From contig OY762492.1 in the NCBI GenBank assembly GCA_963665845.2, positions 96,001 to 160,000 of the forward strand: a stretch of DNA of 64,000 nt. Direction: 5' to 3'. A model generated the notes under the pieces. The model worked only from the letters and a program-made list of their open reading frames with translations. It was not told where the DNA came from and did not search any database. Positions within the stretch are counted from its first letter, which is position 1; every line of letters starts with the position of its first letter. Shown one piece after another: positions 27,180 to 36,474 of the stretch. Both the position numbers and the translations under genes were made by a program. The DNA comes from Candidatus Poribacteria bacterium (lineage in GTDB: Bacteria > Poribacteria > WGA-4E > GCA-2687025).

Positions 27180-28685
27180 TCATCGAAGCATAAGGAAGGT
27201 GGACAGCGGCAAACTGACGATGCGCGGATCATCGACCGTTTCGGCGTCCACCTGCGTGATGAGTATTCCGAAGGGGGCGTTGTTCGCCGATTTTTCCAAA
27301 AATGAGCGCAGCCCCAACGTGTCGCGGTGCGAATCGATGCGCTTGCGGTATTTCACTTCTACAGGGATGCGGTAATTGCCAACCGTCAAAACAAAATCGA
27401 CCTCCTGGTCCATACCTCTTTGCGGAAAATGAGCGATGTCGAGACCATGAATGGTTGAAGCCGCCGCGCCAAAGACGCTTTCCGCGATACGCCCAGCCAT
27501 GTGCGACATTTCAGGCTGTGCCGCTAGAATGTCCGGCGCAAGCGGAATCTGCTCCTGGAGCCAACAGGCGCGGAGGCTATGGTCAGCCAAGCATATTTTG
27601 GGTCCGCCGCGGTTCTTTTTCAGACGGAGCTCCAAAGGAGGAACCAACCTCAACAGCAGCGTATCTCCAAGCAGCTTCAAGTAGCTGACAACGCGCTGAT
27701 AGTTAATGCTTGATCCAAGCTTCAAATGCGCTTCTTCCGTTAGAGTGGATGCGTTGGGAGCTTGACCCGCGTAGCGGCATGCCAAACGCAAAACCTCTTC
27801 CAATAATTCTGGGTCCCGTTGCATTCCTCGTCCGCTTGCCTGCAGGTCATGCTGAATAACTCTCTGTATGACCGTCTCATTCAGATGCCCCGTCAAATCT
27901 GCCATCGGAACATCTTTTTCTTTATGGGCTATTGGGTAGCCGCCTCTCTCTGAAAAAAATCGAAACGCTTCATCTCGAAATTCTTGCTGCGCCGCCCCGT
28001 GATCGCGCAAAGCCGCCCAATACTCTTTATCGCGCAGATTGGAGATGCCGTTCTCCTCAAGAAACGGCGCCGACGATGAAAGACCGCGCAGCGCGCCGAT
28101 CTCCGTAAGCGACAGGACGCCCGCCTCAATTGTGGTGATGCGACCCGCGAGGCTGTCGCGTCCGGCTTCAATGCGTAAGGCAGAACTGCCCGTAACGACC
28201 GCTTTTACGGAGGCGCGATCCACGAGAGACTTCAGCTGCGCGTCCCAGCCTTTTAGGTTTTGGATTTCATCAAAAAAGAGATAAGCAGGTTCGCTGTCAT
28301 GCGCCAGCGCATTGAACCGTTTGGGCGCGACATGCCGCTCAAACCAGTCGGCGACGCGCAGGATCGGCTCCCGAAGTTTTTTCAACGAATCCAGCTCGTC
28401 AAATTGAATGCGCAGAATGCGTCGGGGATCGACTCCCTCGTCTAGCAGGTCCTGAATCAGCTGGAGCTGCGCTGTCGTCTTGCCGATTTGACGCGGCCCT
28501 CGAACCACAACTGCCGGCGCCAAGCCGAGGTCTAAGCTTCGGCGAATCTGCGGAACCAGATGGCGGCGAATAGAGGGCTGCAGCGGCATCGCGTCGCCCT
28601 CCCACCACGGGTTGAAACTGCGCAGATCCGCCGACAGATCCTGGGGAAGATTCATATCGGCGAAGAACGCTATCGGACCAGCCAT
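27180..28685 (-). CDS. AAA_14 ATPase + DUF4143 (PD-(D/E)xK C-terminus) protein
   Basis: FNPWW, GPRQIGKTT, FFDEIQ, VTGSS, SLAGR, GGYP, EVDFV..IPVEVKY. Confidence 0.9.
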   Translation of the reverse strand: MAGPIAFFADMNLPQDLSADLRSFNPWWEGDAMPLQPSIRRHLVPQIRRSLDLGLAPAVVVRGPRQIGKTTAQLQLIQDLLDEGVDPRRILRIQFDELDSLKKLREPILRVADWFERHVAPKRFNALAHDSEPAYLFFDEIQNLKGWDAQLKSLVDRASVKAVVTGSSALRIEAGRDSLAGRITTIEAGVLSLTEIGALRGLSSSAPFLEENGISNLRDKEYWAALRDHGAAQQEFRDEAFRFFSERGGYPIAHKEKDVPMADLTGHLNETVIQRVIQHDLQASGRGMQRDPELLEEVLRLACRYAGQAPNASTLTEEAHLKLGSSINYQRVVSYLKLLGDTLLLRLVPPLELRLKKNRGGPKICLADHSLRACWLQEQIPLAPDILAAQPEMSHMAGRIAESVFGAAASTIHGLDIAHFPQRGMDQEVDFVLTVGNYRIPVEVKYRKRIDSHRDTLGLRSFLEKSANNAPFGILITQVDAETVDDPRIVSLPLSTFLMLR

Positions 28686-28777
28686 GAAACCCCTTTATCA
28701 GCCGCTTACGGAATAACCGTTCATCATGATAACGGACGGCGCCTGAAAGCGCAAACCGCGGACGGGCAACTTCCCGC

Positions 28778-28853
28778 GCCGCTGTTGAATATCGTTCGGA
28801 AGAAGCTGGGGTTTTAGCCCGTCTATATTATCGACAGCGTATAATATAGAGCG
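28778..28853 (+). repeat. ~75-bp direct repeat copy B, with perfect 10-bp inverted repeat
   Basis: Re-encodes PLLNIVRKKLGF*; contains TCTATATTAT-N9-ATAATATAGA. Confidence 0.9.
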
Positions 28854-28903
28854 CGAACCCGTCTATGCTAAAGGCTGCCTTTAATATGGGACGCTGTTTT
28901 CCG

Positions 28904-30070
28904 TTACGGGCTTTCATCGCTGAATAGGTCGAGATAATCGACGTACCAGAATAGGCGGTTGCGCGTCTGCTCCGTAAGCTCGCTTAGAATGCGAGCCTCC
29001 ACCAATCGCTTCACAAGGTCGTTGGCTGCTGGATAGGACGTTCCAATGATGTTCTGCACTTCTTTCACAGAGATCACTGGAGATTCGTATAGACGCTCCA
29101 GCACTTGATGCCCGTTTGCGGCTGTCCGCCCAAAGTTTTCCGTGATCGCATGGCGATGTTTTTCGCGCAGCAAAATAATCCGGCGGGCTGTATCGGCCGC
29201 TTGGCGGGCGACTTCATTCACGCCGCGCAGAAAGAAGAGGAGCCATTCTTCCCATGTCCCGGCGTCTCGGATCGACTGGAGTTGGTCGTAATATTGCGGG
29301 CGATTCCGCTTGAAAAAATAGGACAGATACAGAACAGGTTTCTGCAGCGCCTGCCGCTCGCAGAGAAGAAAGGTGATCAACAGACGCCCGACGCGGCCGT
29401 TTCCATCGTTGAATGGATGGATCGTTTCAAACTGCGCATGCGCCAACCCGATTTTGATGAGCAGCGGCAGATGAGCGTCGGACTGGATAAATGATTCCAG
29501 GTTCAACATGTCTTCCCTGACCTGATGCGGCGGAGGCGGGACAAAGACCGCTTCATGAATTGAGCAGCCGGGCGGCCCGATTATGCTCTGCTTGATTCGC
29601 AGTTCGCCTGGCGCGAGGTCTCCCCCGCGGACGCCTTCCATCAGCTTTTGATGGATTTCGCAAATTAAGCGAGTCGAAACAGGCGCCTCCTGCAGTCTGT
29701 CTAAGCCGTAACGCATGGCGCGGACATAATTGACCACCTCGCCCGTGTCGTCCAAACGATGCGGGCTGTCGTCCATCGATTCCGCTTTAATCAGATCCAC
29801 CAACGAACTCTGCGCGCCTTCGATTTGGCTGGATAACACCGCCTCCTTGCGCACATACATCTTCGTGAACATATCTGGATTCGGCAGCGTCCATATCGAC
29901 CCGTCCAGCCGACCGACAGCGCGGTCCGCCTGAGAAAGCCGCTCCAGCAACTCGCCCTCAATCGCAATGGGCGGGTCGGACGGCGGCAGCGGGTTTGGGA
30001 AAAAAGCCTTGTAGCCTTTTCGCTGGCGGATGTATTGACCCGCTCTGTTGGAGGTTGCGCGGCTGTTCAT
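28904..30070 (-). CDS. Fic family protein (Fic_N + Fic + C-terminal HTH)
   Basis: HPFNDGNGRVGR motif; EAVLSSQIEG inhibitory-type motif; ATGA overlap with the SIR2 stop. Confidence 0.93.
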   Translation of the reverse strand: MNSRATSNRAGQYIRQRKGYKAFFPNPLPPSDPPIAIEGELLERLSQADRAVGRLDGSIWTLPNPDMFTKMYVRKEAVLSSQIEGAQSSLVDLIKAESMDDSPHRLDDTGEVVNYVRAMRYGLDRLQEAPVSTRLICEIHQKLMEGVRGGDLAPGELRIKQSIIGPPGCSIHEAVFVPPPPHQVREDMLNLESFIQSDAHLPLLIKIGLAHAQFETIHPFNDGNGRVGRLLITFLLCERQALQKPVLYLSYFFKRNRPQYYDQLQSIRDAGTWEEWLLFFLRGVNEVARQAADTARRIILLREKHRHAITENFGRTAANGHQVLERLYESPVISVKEVQNIIGTSYPAANDLVKRLVEARILSELTEQTRNRLFWYVDYLDLFSDESP

Positions 30071-31389
30071 ATCTTGCTCCAATCAAAATGCTCGGCCTCC
30101 GCTTCAACGATTCTGAGATTGTTTTTTCTATAACAATCCATCCCTTGGAATATAGTTACCACATATTCTTCCGGACGACATGAAAAAATATTCTGAACTG
30201 AGTTCCGAATATTTCTTGGGTGCTTATCCACTATCAGTATGTCTTTATCCTTGTTATCCCTAATAATGTCGTTTAGATGCTCATCGGCATAATTGAAGGA
30301 GTAGCCTACAATCACTATTCTAGCAGCGGAGTCTAAAATTTCTTTTGATTTATGCCATACATCGATGAAGCCCCAGGTATCAATTAAACCGGTCAAAGCC
30401 GGTTTGCATTTTAAAGGCGGAATAATACATGGAAGGCTATAGGAATCTGCGACTTCTTTTTCAAACCTGATCTCATTCGCAACAGTACTTTTGATGAATT
30501 CAACTGGGTCTATATTTTCGTCCATTGAACATTTTACCCCGTCAAGCATTCTTGTATAGTTAGACAGCTCACCATGAAAATAGTAGGGTGGATTGCCGCC
30601 AGTACGTTCAGCAGATTTTTGAGCAAAGGATGTATAATTAAGAGTAATCATTTCCCAATCATTAGGCAGTGAAGAATAAAAGGGGAGAGGTTTGCCATCG
30701 GAAAATTTGGAATATGCGGCTTCCTCTTGATGTTTAAGAAAAGCCCAAAGAGTCCATGCTTGATATATGTATCTTTTTATTTTCGCGACATCGTTTGTAT
30801 AAATCCCAAAGAAACTATCTGTTAGCAAGCGTTCGAAATTAATTAGGTTTGATGTAAGATGCCTCAATATACGGTGATTGGGGGTACGCAAGGCTGTATC
30901 TAGAAGGTTGTGTATAAGTTCATTAAACCTCCCAGTAAATGAAGCCCTTGATAGATCAATAACGTCGAAATCATCTATCGGAAACAAATTTTGTTGGGAA
31001 CCCCCTTCATTAAGAAGCATCTTAATCTCTGGGCTTATTCGTACATCCCTTTGAATTCCTTGAATTTTTATTAATATATTAATAATTAGCCTACCCATAT
31101 GTTTATCAGAAGCGTTTATATTTTCATCATTAAGTTCGTAATTAATACTCTCTACAATTGCATCTGTATCATCTCTGTAAGCATTTAACATATTTTGAAC
31201 AGTTTCTGTCGCGAGTGTACTGTACATGAACCTGAGATACGGTAAAGCATCTCTGAGAGATTTGTCAACAGCTTTCCCATCTTCTGTGTTCAAAAACTCG
31301 GTGATTTTCGGGATAAGCTCCGACGCTAAAGGCATGCCTGCCGCTCTGTCCGCGCCTGCTCCGCAAATGACGACCGTTTTCTTTTCCAT
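30067..31389 (-). CDS. SIR2-like (SIR2_2/AbiH-type) NAD-binding domain protein, low GC
   Basis: VICGAGA...GMPLASEL, ITLNYT, YFHG, IIPP, IVGYSF..ADEHLN; GAGGAG RBS before ATG 31389. Confidence 0.8.
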   Translation of the reverse strand: MEKKTVVICGAGADRAAGMPLASELIPKITEFLNTEDGKAVDKSLRDALPYLRFMYSTLATETVQNMLNAYRDDTDAIVESINYELNDENINASDKHMGRLIINILIKIQGIQRDVRISPEIKMLLNEGGSQQNLFPIDDFDVIDLSRASFTGRFNELIHNLLDTALRTPNHRILRHLTSNLINFERLLTDSFFGIYTNDVAKIKRYIYQAWTLWAFLKHQEEAAYSKFSDGKPLPFYSSLPNDWEMITLNYTSFAQKSAERTGGNPPYYFHGELSNYTRMLDGVKCSMDENIDPVEFIKSTVANEIRFEKEVADSYSLPCIIPPLKCKPALTGLIDTWGFIDVWHKSKEILDSAARIVIVGYSFNYADEHLNDIIRDNKDKDILIVDKHPRNIRNSVQNIFSCRPEEYVVTIFQGMDCYRKNNLRIVEAEAEHFDWSKI

Positions 31390-31457
31390 CCCGATGCTCC
31401 TCGCTTTCTCGTTGCGCTCAAAACTTCGGCTCAACGCCGTTTCTTTCTTATGCCCAT

Positions 31458-31487
31458 ACTCTACCACAAGGGCGCGACCCGTGTCAA
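31458..31487 (-). promoter_or_regulatory. Putative sigma70 promoter for SIR2-Fic
   Basis: TTGACA-N18-TAGAGT with TGTGG just before the -10. Confidence 0.5.
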
Positions 31488-31488
31488 C

Positions 31489-32916
31489 TCAAAAGAGCGT
31501 TTGTTTCAAGAGGTCGCCTGTGTAAGGGTCAGCCATCGGCGGCAAGGGGCATGGACGCTCGTTGAAAAACTCCTCGATTGACCAGAGGCTGAGGCGCGGA
31601 TACGCTTGCCCGCGGACGACGATATCGCCCAAATCGGCTGCATTCGCTCTTGCGGTTGAGGAAGTGACCGTTTCTAGCGTAATGAAGCGTCCGATAGCCG
31701 CCTCGCTGCGTTCAACAACGCCGATAAAGTCGCGCAGGCTGCTCAAGTTAAACCGCCCGCCTTTCACCTGCGCCAGCGCCAGTCTGGATTTCCAGTTGTC
31801 AGGCTGGTCGTATATAGTGGCGCGTCCGTCCACGCCTCCGTCGGCAACCTGCTTCGTATTCGGGACGAATCCTGACAATCGGTTCACCGCCCAGGATTCA
31901 AATTCAAAGGGCGATTCCTTTGCCATTTTTTGCGCCGACACAAAATCCGCCGGGATTCCATGAACCGGTATCGTCAAGTCCTTCATGCGCTGCTCGCGTA
32001 TGATGTCGATAGCGAAGGAGCTGATGTCGACGCCCGCCCATTTTCGTTTCAAGCGTTCAGCCGCGTCCATTGCAGTGCCGCAGCCGCAGAACGGATCTAA
32101 AACGATGCCGCCCTCGTTGGACGACGCCTTGATGATTCGCTCTAACAGAGACAGCGGCTTCTGCGTCGGATAGCCTAGACGTTCATTTCTTAAGCGTCCA
32201 ACCGGCGAGAAATCAGGCCACCATGTTTCCGGCACTTTCCCTTTCTGCAGGTACCTGTCCCGAACTTCCGGCGTCATATTGTCGCCCATCATGGCGCCGC
32301 CGCGGTGAGTATTTAATTTTTTGTAAGGGATGCGCACATCGTCAACGTTGAATATCCATGAATCTCCGTTGGAGTACCAAAAGATGACGTCATGCTTGCG
32401 TTTGAATTGGCGGACCTTTGACGATCCTGGACCTGTATAAGCCCAGATGATTTCGTTTCGGAAGTTGGCTTGTCCGAAGATGGCGTCCATGAGCAATTTT
32501 AGGCTGTGGCTCGCGGTCGGGTCGCAGTGGAGGTAGATGGAGCCTGTCGGTTTCAGAATGCGCCGCATCTCTTCAAGGCGCTCCGCCATGTAGGTCAGAT
32601 ATGCCAGCATGCCGCTCTCGCCCAGCATATGCCACAGCCCGACAATCGCCTTATGCGCCGGACGCCCGACCGCGTCTCGAAACCCGTTATACCGACGAGC
32701 CGCAGCCGTATCCCAGTACCAGGTGTCTTTGAACGCCCGGTATTGAGCCTTGCCCGCGCCTTTTGTCCCGAAGAGAATGCTGTAATTCGCGTTGGAATTG
32801 AACGGCGGATCTAGGTAGATCAGGTCAACGCAGTCCGCGTCCCATTTTCGCATCCAGTCGAAGCAATCGCCGTAGTAGAGGCTGTTGGGTTGAAGCTGGT
32901 TTCCGCTGTCAGCCAT
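31489..32916 (-). CDS. N6/N4 DNA methyltransferase fused to C-terminal Mrr-like endonuclease domain
   Basis: LYYGDC, IYLDPPFNS, IYLHCD, YPTQKP, LDPFCGCGT; C-terminal FEFESWA...DGGVDG...AQVKGG. Confidence 0.88.
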   Translation of the reverse strand: MADSGNQLQPNSLYYGDCFDWMRKWDADCVDLIYLDPPFNSNANYSILFGTKGAGKAQYRAFKDTWYWDTAAARRYNGFRDAVGRPAHKAIVGLWHMLGESGMLAYLTYMAERLEEMRRILKPTGSIYLHCDPTASHSLKLLMDAIFGQANFRNEIIWAYTGPGSSKVRQFKRKHDVIFWYSNGDSWIFNVDDVRIPYKKLNTHRGGAMMGDNMTPEVRDRYLQKGKVPETWWPDFSPVGRLRNERLGYPTQKPLSLLERIIKASSNEGGIVLDPFCGCGTAMDAAERLKRKWAGVDISSFAIDIIREQRMKDLTIPVHGIPADFVSAQKMAKESPFEFESWAVNRLSGFVPNTKQVADGGVDGRATIYDQPDNWKSRLALAQVKGGRFNLSSLRDFIGVVERSEAAIGRFITLETVTSSTARANAADLGDIVVRGQAYPRLSLWSIEEFFNERPCPLPPMADPYTGDLLKQTLF

Positions 32917-32985
32917 TTTCCGTATCCTTTCTTGAGCCGCGCCTTCATGATACCATAAAGCCGCCGTAGACGGCAACGATAACGC

Positions 32986-33130
32986 CCGACCTTGAGTCCT
33001 TAGTTGAGACAAGTCGGCATGCGAAAGCAGACGGATTTTGCGGCGCCTAAGATTCCCGCTTACGCGGGAATGACGACCCGCAGGGGCGGCTTTTCCGCTG
33101 ATCATCGCAGTTCTTTCGGCATGAGGTCAG
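32986..33130 (+). mobile_element. MITE copy 3
   Basis: CCGACCTTGAGTCCTTAGTTGAGACA ... CGGCATGAGGTCAG; exact 6-bp flanks TAACGC/TAACGC; palindrome at 33052-33071. Confidence 0.78.
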
Positions 33131-33149
33131 TAACGCAGGGAGGCGCCCA

Positions 33150-33989
33150 ATGAAACGGATCGACGTCCATGTCCACATCGGCAGGTTGTGGGACTCCTAC
33201 CCGCCCATGACGGTCGACATCATGCTGCGCTGGATGGACGCGAACGAGATCGAAATGGCGGTTCCGCTGCCGCTTGAAAGCCCCGAAAGCTCCAGCTACT
33301 ACATCTTGACGCGCGACATGCTCGCCCTCTGCAAACAGCATCCGGACCGATTCATTCCGTTCTGCGTTGTCGACCCGCGCGTCGCCGTCTCGGACGGAAA
33401 GCGCAGCGTCCGCAACATCATTCAGCAGTATGTGGAGGAGGGCGCCAAAGGGTTCGGCGAGCTGAAAGCGGGGCTGCCGTTCAACGACCCGAAGATGCAG
33501 GCGCTCTATGCGGCGTGCGACGAGTTCCGCCTGCCGCTGCTGTTTCACTGCGACCATGTCCGCTGCACAGACGATCCGCAGCTGACAGGGCTGGAGGCGA
33601 TGCTGGCGGCGTATCCGAACGTTCAGTTCATCGGGCATGCGCAGGGGTTCTGGGCGGCGGTCTCCGGCGACGCGCGGCAAGAAGAGATGAGCGGATACCC
33701 GAAGCGCCCCGTCGCGCCGGGCGGGGCGGTGGATCGTCTCATGGACGCCTACGGCAACCTGTACGCCGACCTGTCCGCCGGGTCGGGGCATAACGCAATC
33801 ACGCGCGATTGGGAGTTCGGGGAAGCGTTTTTAGAGAGGCGGCATACGCGCCTGCTGTTCGGCACCGACTTTCTCCGCCCGAATCAGCCGATCCCGCAGT
33901 TTGAGATGTTGGCGAAGGCGGATCTGTCGGAGAAGGCGCGCCGCGCCATCGCGTATGAAAACGCGAGTCGGCTGTTTGGGCTGACATGA
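33150..33989 (+). CDS. Amidohydrolase_2 family protein
   Basis: IDVHVH, GFGELK, LLFH, FIGHA, LYADLS, LLFGTD, ENA.RLF. Confidence 0.9.
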   Translation: MKRIDVHVHIGRLWDSYPPMTVDIMLRWMDANEIEMAVPLPLESPESSSYYILTRDMLALCKQHPDRFIPFCVVDPRVAVSDGKRSVRNIIQQYVEEGAKGFGELKAGLPFNDPKMQALYAACDEFRLPLLFHCDHVRCTDDPQLTGLEAMLAAYPNVQFIGHAQGFWAAVSGDARQEEMSGYPKRPVAPGGAVDRLMDAYGNLYADLSAGSGHNAITRDWEFGEAFLERRHTRLLFGTDFLRPNQPIPQFEMLAKADLSEKARRAIAYENASRLFGLT

Positions 33990-35089
33990 AAACCCCTGCG
34001 CGCGTGGCGCTGGCGGGTCTCGGTCAACGCGGGCTGCAGCATCTGAACGCGCTGACATCCCCGCCCCTGCGGGAGCTGGCGCAGATAACGGCGCTCATTG
34101 ATGTGAACGAAGAGAATCTGCGCCTCGACAAGCTCGCCCGATACGCCCCCGCGCTGGACAGCTCCAGCGCCGCGCGTTTCACAAACGTTCATGACGCGCT
34201 CAAGTCGCGCCGTTTCGATGCGCTGTACATCGCCATTCCCCCGTCCATGCATGAAGGAGAAGCTGCCGCCTCGGCGGAAGCGGGCGTTCATCTTTTTGTT
34301 GAAAAGCCGATGAGCCTCTGTATGGAGCAGGCGGAAGAGATGCGCCGCGCCATCGACAAGGCGGGCGTCGTCTCGGCGGTCGGATTTCAGCAGCGGTATG
34401 TACCCGCCAATGAAGCCGTCCACAACTTCCTCGCCGACAAGCGCGTCGTCATGATAACCGCCGTCCACAACGGCGCGCTGGAACATCACTCGGTGAAACA
34501 CACCGCCGCCGAGCGTCAAGGCGGACCGAAGAACCGCGTATGGACGGCGAACCGCGCATGGTCGGGAACAACCGTCGTCGAAGCGGGCATACATCAGGTC
34601 GACCTGATGCGCTACTGGGCGGGCGATATCGCCTGGGTGGAAGCGACCTACATCCATCGGGACGAGAGCGACATCGAAGACGGCGCGGACAACCCTTACG
34701 CCTACCGCGTCGCGCTGGGGTTTGAATCGGGCGCGGCGGGCAACCTGATCATCTCGCGGCTGCGCAGAACCTACTACTCCGATTCCTATACGAGCGTTTT
34801 ATGGACGAACGGGCATATCAAGTTTGAAGCGGACGGCGCCGCTGCTTATTACTACGACGGGGACGATCCGCCGCCGACGCGCCCATCGATAGAATCGCTG
34901 CGCCGCCTGTTGCCGAGTCCGCCTCCCTGCGACCCGACGGTCGAGATTCACCGCGCATTTTTAAACGCGGCAGCGTCGGGCGATCCTTCCAGCATACGCA
35001 GTACCTTCGGCGGCTCCATGAACAGCCTTGCCGCCGTCCTCGGCGCGAACCTGTCAGACGAACGGGGCGGCGAACGCGTCTGGTTATAG
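33986..35089 (+). CDS. Gfo/Idh/MocA family oxidoreductase
   Basis: ALAGLGQRG, HLFVEKP, VGFQQRY, EAGIHQVD. Confidence 0.9.
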   Translation: MKTPARVALAGLGQRGLQHLNALTSPPLRELAQITALIDVNEENLRLDKLARYAPALDSSSAARFTNVHDALKSRRFDALYIAIPPSMHEGEAAASAEAGVHLFVEKPMSLCMEQAEEMRRAIDKAGVVSAVGFQQRYVPANEAVHNFLADKRVVMITAVHNGALEHHSVKHTAAERQGGPKNRVWTANRAWSGTTVVEAGIHQVDLMRYWAGDIAWVEATYIHRDESDIEDGADNPYAYRVALGFESGAAGNLIISRLRRTYYSDSYTSVLWTNGHIKFEADGAAAYYYDGDDPPPTRPSIESLRRLLPSPPPCDPTVEIHRAFLNAAASGDPSSIRSTFGGSMNSLAAVLGANLSDERGGERVWL

Positions 35090-35109
35090 AAAAAACTTCG
35101 CGCCGCCGG

Positions 35110-36081
35110 TCAGGGTCGGCGCCGCGGCTCCCGTAGAAAGCGGCTGCCGATCGTCTCCGCGTTCTCCTTGATCCAGGCGGTCAGGCTAATTGAGCCGGCG
35201 GGCGGCTCTTGAGAGTCGAGACGGTTGCGCGACAGCCCTTTCAGCTCGTCAAGCGTCAAAATCGTTTCGCGCATGAGATGCGAAGCGGCGCCGTAAAGAA
35301 AATGACAAACGCCAATGGGCAAGCGGACGATTTGGGTACGGGCGTTGATGGTACGCGCGATATAACGAATCAGCTCTTGGAACTCGATACGGTCGGGACC
35401 CGTCGCGTCTTGTATAAAAGTCTCCGTTCCGCGGCAGGCGTCCGCAACCAGCTGGGCGTAGTCGTCCACATGGATGGGGCGGACATGGTAGGGATCGCCT
35501 GAAGGAATCGGAAAAACCGGCAGATGACGAACCGCCCAGGCAATGTTTTCAATCAAAAGACCGCCGGGACCGAAAAAGCAGGCGGGGCGGAGGATGGCGT
35601 ACGGAATGCCGCTCTCCTTGACAAAGCGTTCAACCTGCGCTTTGCCGGCGTAATAGGACAGGTCGGGGTCAAGTCCAGGGTTGCCGATGGAGGTCCATAC
35701 CAAGCGCGAGACGCCGGCGGCAAGCGCGCTGTCGACAAGCATGCCGGAACGTTCGGCCGCTTCGGCGTGGGAAAGCCAGGGTCCTTTGTGTCCGACGGGC
35801 GGGCGGTTGTGGCGCGTCCAGTAGGCGCAGGCAAGAATGTCGGCGCCTTCGAGAGCTGAAGTCAGCGCGTCCGGCGCGAAGTTGAACGGAATGCGCTGCA
35901 CAGCCCCCTCGAACGGATCCGGCGACGGGATCGGTCGATTGGTAAGAGAAGCGACCCGATACCCGTCCGCCAAGAGACGGCGCGCGATATGCCGCCCGGA
36001 GTAGGACCAGGCGCCCGTGATGACGACTTTGCGGGACGACGCCTCGCTTGCGGCGTGGTTCGTTTCAGGGGGAATCGTCAT
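35110..36081 (-). CDS. NAD-dependent epimerase/dehydratase (NmrA/NDUFA9-like SDR)
   Basis: VVITGAWSYSG, YYAGK, YAILRP, PIHVDD; GGAG RBS before ATG 36081. Confidence 0.85.
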   Translation of the reverse strand: MTIPPETNHAASEASSRKVVITGAWSYSGRHIARRLLADGYRVASLTNRPIPSPDPFEGAVQRIPFNFAPDALTSALEGADILACAYWTRHNRPPVGHKGPWLSHAEAAERSGMLVDSALAAGVSRLVWTSIGNPGLDPDLSYYAGKAQVERFVKESGIPYAILRPACFFGPGGLLIENIAWAVRHLPVFPIPSGDPYHVRPIHVDDYAQLVADACRGTETFIQDATGPDRIEFQELIRYIARTINARTQIVRLPIGVCHFLYGAASHLMRETILTLDELKGLSRNRLDSQEPPAGSISLTAWIKENAETIGSRFLREPRRRP

Positions 36082-36127
36082 GGATGCTCCGTGTTTCCGC
36101 CTTGGCGTGTGAATCATGCCTATCGTT

Positions 36128-36157
36128 TATATAACATGCGGCGGAAGGGCGAGTCAA
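36128..36157 (-). promoter_or_regulatory. Putative sigma70 promoter for epimerase gene
   Basis: TTGACT-N18-TATATA with extended TG. Confidence 0.4.
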
Positions 36158-36179
36158 GCGTTTTGCTGCCCCCATGCCC

Positions 36180-36362
36180 GTCATTCCCGCGTAAGCGGGA
36201 ATCTAGAGGCGCCGCAGAAGACGTCCGCGTTCACCTCAAGCGTCCGGCGGCTCAAACCGTCATTCCCGCCCTTGCGGTAAAACGTGCGGGAATCTTAGGC
36301 GCCTGCGCCGTCCCCGTTGTCTGAACTAGGATTTTCAGGATTGAAAAGAAGGACAGGATTCG
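36180..36362. repeat. Intergenic REP-like cluster
   Basis: ATTCCC-N8-GGGAAT at 36183-36202; expanded variant at 36262-36293; half TGAACTAGGAT element at ~36322. Confidence 0.8.
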
Positions 36363-36474
36363 GAATGACGCTGAAAAAGGCAGCCGCATTTAAAATAGCC
36401 CGCCCGCGCCCAAAGCGGTATCATATCCCTCGTTGACCGCTGAACCAACCCGCTCATCCGATTTGGAGAGCCTG

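Noticed and set aside
32917-33105. N-terminal extensions of ORF-track calls (also 5424-5540, 12191-12274, 24588-24728, 39910-40008)
   Set aside because: They run through repeats, promoters or neighbouring genes; downstream ATGs fit better with RBS, promoter or domain start
17380-33130. Prophage or ICE
   Set aside because: No integrase, structural, replication or conjugation genes; metabolic genes are interspersed
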